A DNA stretch of 64,000 nucleotides from an uncultured Nannocystaceae bacterium. Its GTDB lineage: Bacteria; Myxococcota_A; Bradymonadia; UBA7976; UBA1532. A program made the position numbers and the translations under genes. The notes beneath the pieces were generated by a model. That model made no database searches. It worked only from the letters and a program-made list of their open reading frames with translations, and was not told the DNA's origin. Position 1 is the stretch's first letter. Every line of letters begins with the position of its first letter. Positions 60,287 through 64,000 of the stretch are shown here, one piece after another. The DNA is taken from contig CAYOBQ010000017.1 of NCBI GenBank assembly GCA_964402225.1, forward strand, positions 10,349 through 74,348, read 5' to 3'.

Positions 60287-62658
60287 TTCTTCGCCTTCTC
60301 CTGCTTGGCCTCCTTCTTCTCCTCGGCCTCCTTCTTCGCCTTCTCCTCGGCCTTCTTCTTCGTCTGCATCGCGTTGTCCTTCCGCTTCTCCTTGAAGAGC
60401 TGGAAGCGCGACTTGATCGGCTTTCGAGGCCAGTGGTTGTTCGAGAGATCGGCGTCGGCCGTCCGCTGGTGGTGGTCGAGCTCGATGGACTTCAGCACCT
60501 TCTTCATCATCAAGAGGCGCGACACCCGCTTGGCGTCGCGCCGCCAGATCTCGGCGGGGATCCGCAGCGCCTCGGTGCTCCCGTCCTCGAAGGTGAGGTC
60601 GAGCAGCACCGGCATCGGCACGCTGCCCGGGCTCACGAGATCCACGACGTAGAAGTTGCGCTGCGTCGTGAGCATCTCCCGCTCCCAGGGCTCGAGGTCC
60701 TCGAGCATCTCCTCGAAGTCCTTCTTGTCCTTCGCCGTGACCGCGTCGGGGTCGTAGCTGTTGTAGAAGTCCTTCAAGTCCGGGAAGCGGTTGATTCGTC
60801 GCGGCAGCTTCTGCGCGAGGTTGCGCACGTCGGTGATCTCCGTGGGCTCCTCGTCGGTCTCCTTCTTCTTCGCCGGCTTGTCCTTCGTCGGGTCGCGGGT
60901 GTCCATCGTGTACTGGCGCACGCCCTCGATCCCGATGTCGACGTAGCCCGTGCCGTAGAACCAGCCCCGCCAGAACCAATCGAGATCGATGCCCGAGGCG
61001 TCCTCCATCGTGCGGAAGAGGTCCGCGGGCTCGGGGTGCTTGAAGCGCCATCGATGGGTGTAGGTCCGAAACGCGTGGTCGAAGAGCGGGCGGCCCAGGA
61101 TCGTCTCCCGCAGGATGTTGAGGGCCGTCGCCGGCTTGGCGTAGCCGTTGTTGCCGAACTGAAGGATGGACTCGGAGTTGGTCATGATCGGCACCTGATT
61201 GGTGCTGCGCATGTACTTGACGATCTTGCGCGGCTTCCCGCGCCAGCTCGGGTAGTCCTCCTCCCACTCCTGCTCGGCGATGAACTGCAGGAAGGTGTTG
61301 AGGCCCTCGTCCATCCACGTCCATTGGCGCTCGTCGGAGTTGACGATCATCGGGAACCAGTTGTGGCCGACCTCGTGGATGATCACCGAGATGAGCCCGT
61401 ACTTGCTGCGGCTCCAGCGCTTCCCGTCGCCGGGCTTGGCGTAGTAGGTGCCGTCTTCCTCCGCCCGCGGGCCGTTGAAGCTGATCATCGGATACTCCAT
61501 CCCGCCCACCGGACCGTTGACGGAGATCGCGACGGGGTAGGGATAGTCGAAGGTCATCCGGGAGTAGACCTCGAGGGTGTGGGCCACCGCGTGGCTGGAG
61601 TAGCGGCGCCACAGGGGCTCGGCCTCCCGCGGATAGAACGACATCGCCATCACGTCGCGTTTCCCCACCCGCACGGCCATGGCGTCCCACAGGAACTTGC
61701 GCGACGCCGCCCAGGCGAAGTCCCGCACGTTCTTCGCCTCGAAGCGCCACGTCTTCTTCCGCTTGGAACGCGACCTCTCGTTGGCCTTGGCCTCCTCGAG
61801 GGTGACCATCATCACCGGCTTCGTCCGGGCCCTCACAGCCTCCTTCCATCGGCGACGCTGGGCGCTCGTGAGCACCTTGCCCGGGTTGTCGAGCACGCCC
61901 GTCGCGCCGACGACGAAGTCCGCGGGCACCGTGATCTCGACCTCGTAGTCCCCCAACTCGAGGGTGAACTCACCGCGTCCGAGGAACTGCTTGTTCTGCC
62001 ACCCGGCGTAGTCGGTGTAGGCCGCCATGCGTGGGTACCACTGGGCGATGGTGTAGAGCCGGTTGTCGTCCTCGGCGAAGTGCTCGTAGCCGCCGCGGCC
62101 CCAGATGATCTTGCAGTTGTTGACGTTGTGGGCCCACTCGACCTCGAAGACGAAGTCGTCGCCGGGCTCGAGGGCCTCGCGCAGATCGAGCCGCATCATC
62201 GTGCCCACGATCGTGTGTTCGATGGGCCTGCCGCGCCTGGTCTTCACGGAGCGGATGTCGAAGCCGCCCTCGAAGGTCTCGGTGCCCACGAGGTAGCGCA
62301 GCGTCCGATACGGGAAGCGTCCGAAGTCCGGCGCGGTGGCCGTGAGGATGGCCGCCGAGTCCTTGCGAAAGCGGTTCTGGTCGAGCTGCATCCACAGGTA
62401 TTCGAGGCGGTGGGGCGATCGATTGGTGTAGGTGATGCGCGCCTCGCCCTCGATGCGCTGCAACTCGTCGTCGAGCTCGACGCGGATCTCGTAGTCGGCG
62501 CGCTGCTGCCAGTAAGCAGGGCCCGGCGCGCCGGAGGCCAGGCGCACCTCGGTCGGCGTCGGCAGCACCGGATCGAGCTGTTCGAAGCGCTTGGCCGCGG
62601 TGCCCGGCCCAGCGAGCGCAGGGGTCGCCAGCACCGAGAAGAGGAGGAGAGTTCGCAT
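60283..62658 (-). CDS. Secreted M1 family Zn-metalloaminopeptidase
   Basis: YWQQRADY, QWYPRMA.Y, GGMEYP, HEVGHNWF...WMDEG (HEXXH-18-E). Confidence 0.93.
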   Translation of the reverse strand: MRTLLLFSVLATPALAGPGTAAKRFEQLDPVLPTPTEVRLASGAPGPAYWQQRADYEIRVELDDELQRIEGEARITYTNRSPHRLEYLWMQLDQNRFRKDSAAILTATAPDFGRFPYRTLRYLVGTETFEGGFDIRSVKTRRGRPIEHTIVGTMMRLDLREALEPGDDFVFEVEWAHNVNNCKIIWGRGGYEHFAEDDNRLYTIAQWYPRMAAYTDYAGWQNKQFLGRGEFTLELGDYEVEITVPADFVVGATGVLDNPGKVLTSAQRRRWKEAVRARTKPVMMVTLEEAKANERSRSKRKKTWRFEAKNVRDFAWAASRKFLWDAMAVRVGKRDVMAMSFYPREAEPLWRRYSSHAVAHTLEVYSRMTFDYPYPVAISVNGPVGGMEYPMISFNGPRAEEDGTYYAKPGDGKRWSRSKYGLISVIIHEVGHNWFPMIVNSDERQWTWMDEGLNTFLQFIAEQEWEEDYPSWRGKPRKIVKYMRSTNQVPIMTNSESILQFGNNGYAKPATALNILRETILGRPLFDHAFRTYTHRWRFKHPEPADLFRTMEDASGIDLDWFWRGWFYGTGYVDIGIEGVRQYTMDTRDPTKDKPAKKKETDEEPTEITDVRNLAQKLPRRINRFPDLKDFYNSYDPDAVTAKDKKDFEEMLEDLEPWEREMLTTQRNFYVVDLVSPGSVPMPVLLDLTFEDGSTEALRIPAEIWRRDAKRVSRLLMMKKVLKSIELDHHQRTADADLSNNHWPRKPIKSRFQLFKEKRKDNAMQTKKKAEEKAKKEAEEKKEAKQEKAKK

Positions 62659-62747
62659 CGAGAAACCTCATGGGGAGCGCGGGCGACATCATCGAGGTAC
62701 GTCACCTGCGCTGGCAAGCGACGCTCGAATCCACTAACAACACGCCG

Positions 62748-64000
62748 ATGCAGCCTGGACGTTACCCCGACGAGGCGCTGGAGGCGGCGTTGTACGACAC
62801 CGACCCGGTGGTGCGCGACGAGGCGCGCGGCTGGGTGGCCCAACACGCCGACCCGGATCTCATCGCTTCCCTGGTGGCGCTGCTCGACGCGCAGCACCGG
62901 ATGACGCGGCGCCGCGCGGCCCGCGTGCTCTCCGAGATCCGCCCCGAGCGCGCCCGCCCGGCCCTCGTCGACGCCCTGAGCGCGCGCAACCGTGCGCCGC
63001 GGCTTCGCGCCGGGGCGGCGCGCATCCTCACGGTCCTCGCAGCAGACATCGAGCCCGCCCTCGCCGCCGGCCTGCGCGACGCCGACCCCCGCGTTCGGGC
63101 CGCGTGCGCCACCCCCGCGGCCCCGATGAGCTCGCTCTTCACCGCCCTCGGTGACGAGGAGGGCCGCGTCGTCGAGCGCGCCGCCACCGCCATCGAGGTC
63201 CGCGCCGCCCGCGCCACCGCCGACCAGACGCCGGTGCCCACGGACGCGGTCCGCTCCGCGGCGGAGCGCACCGGCTCGAGCGTCGTCTGGCGCTTGCTCG
63301 CCCGCCTCGATCCCGACTCCGACGCGCTGGTCACGGCCGCCCGAGGTGGCGATCCCGCCGCCCTCGACTTCCTCGCCCACGAGACCACGCTCACCGAGCT
63401 GCTCGACGGGCCGAACCGGGTCTCGGCGGCCTGGGCCCTCTCCCGCGGCGGCTCCGTCCCCAGCGCCCTCGCCACCGACGACGACCCCCGCGTCCGGGCC
63501 GCGGCGGCGAAGGTGATGCACCCCGGCGACCCGGCGCTCCCCGCGCTCCTATCAGACGACGATCCCGGCGTCCGATGGACGGCGAAGCGCGCCCGACTCG
63601 GGCTCTACGAGCCGGCGATCCTCGAGGACCGCCTCGGCCCCCACGCCTTCAGCGACGCGGCCTCCGCCACCCCGCCCTACGGGCTCAAGCCCGACGACGC
63701 CGTGGCCGACGTGGCGCGCCCCCACGCCGCCCTGGCGCTTTGTCACACGCGCTTCGACGTGAACCTCGGGGTCGCCGTGCGCAGCGCGGAGGCCGCCGGC
63801 CTGCGCGAGGTCTTCGTCGTGGGCCGCAAGGACCTCTTCAAGAGCCCCGCCCGCGGCACCGATCTGCTTCTCCCACTACGTCACGCCCCGGACGCCGCGG
63901 CCCTGGTCCGCATGGCGCGCGAGGCGGACTACCAGATCGTCGCGGTGCAGCAGACGCCTCGCAGCGTCCCCTACCACCAGGCCGACTACCCGCCGAGGCC
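62748..64000 (+). CDS. HEAT-repeat protein fused to a SpoU/TrmH-like methyltransferase (3' end outside window)
   Basis: Read by hand, stop-free from ATG 62748 to the window end; repeated L.D.DP.VR.AAA; from ~63720 RFDVNLGVAVRSAEAAGL.EVFVVG...ARGT...YQIVAVQQ. Confidence 0.8.
   Translation, partial: MQPGRYPDEALEAALYDTDPVVRDEARGWVAQHADPDLIASLVALLDAQHRMTRRRAARVLSEIRPERARPALVDALSARNRAPRLRAGAARILTVLAADIEPALAAGLRDADPRVRAACATPAAPMSSLFTALGDEEGRVVERAATAIEVRAARATADQTPVPTDAVRSAAERTGSSVVWRLLARLDPDSDALVTAARGGDPAALDFLAHETTLTELLDGPNRVSAAWALSRGGSVPSALATDDDPRVRAAAAKVMHPGDPALPALLSDDDPGVRWTAKRARLGLYEPAILEDRLGPHAFSDAASATPPYGLKPDDAVADVARPHAALALCHTRFDVNLGVAVRSAEAAGLREVFVVGRKDLFKSPARGTDLLLPLRHAPDAAALVRMAREADYQIVAVQQTPRSVPYHQADYPPR

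Overview
A very GC-rich (visually ~70%+) bacterial chromosome segment with about 47 coding regions. I found no rRNA, tRNA, CRISPR array or IS element. The gene content points to Myxococcota (inference): four or five eukaryote-like Ser/Thr kinases, an FHA-domain sigma54 activator, a MYXO-CTERM surface protein and many Cys-rich lipoproteins. Housekeeping genes are ubiE/menG (partial), hisS, argJ, secA, a TrmJ-like methyltransferase and an M1 aminopeptidase. The most notable accessory regions are: (1) a ~14 kb same-strand run in which a DUF4129/DUF4350/MoxR/DUF58/SpoIIM/RDD cluster is followed by a TPR-dynamin-like GTPase fusion, an ECF sigma factor, a membrane protein with a degenerate nucleotide-cyclase-like domain and a lipoprotein TPR-CHAT caspase-like protease; (2) an apparently self-contained sigma54 circuit, with an FHA activator plus kinase-STAND-TPR protein divergent from a Cys-repeat serine protease that has a correctly spaced -24/-12 promoter; (3) unusual fusions: fascin-LTD-clostripain-PKD, APC permease-PTS IIA-UspE, and HEAT repeat-SpoU methyltransferase (missed by the ORF track because it runs off the window); (4) a decayed gene remnant at ~32.7-33.5 kb. 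All domain calls come from reading motifs by eye, with no database searches.
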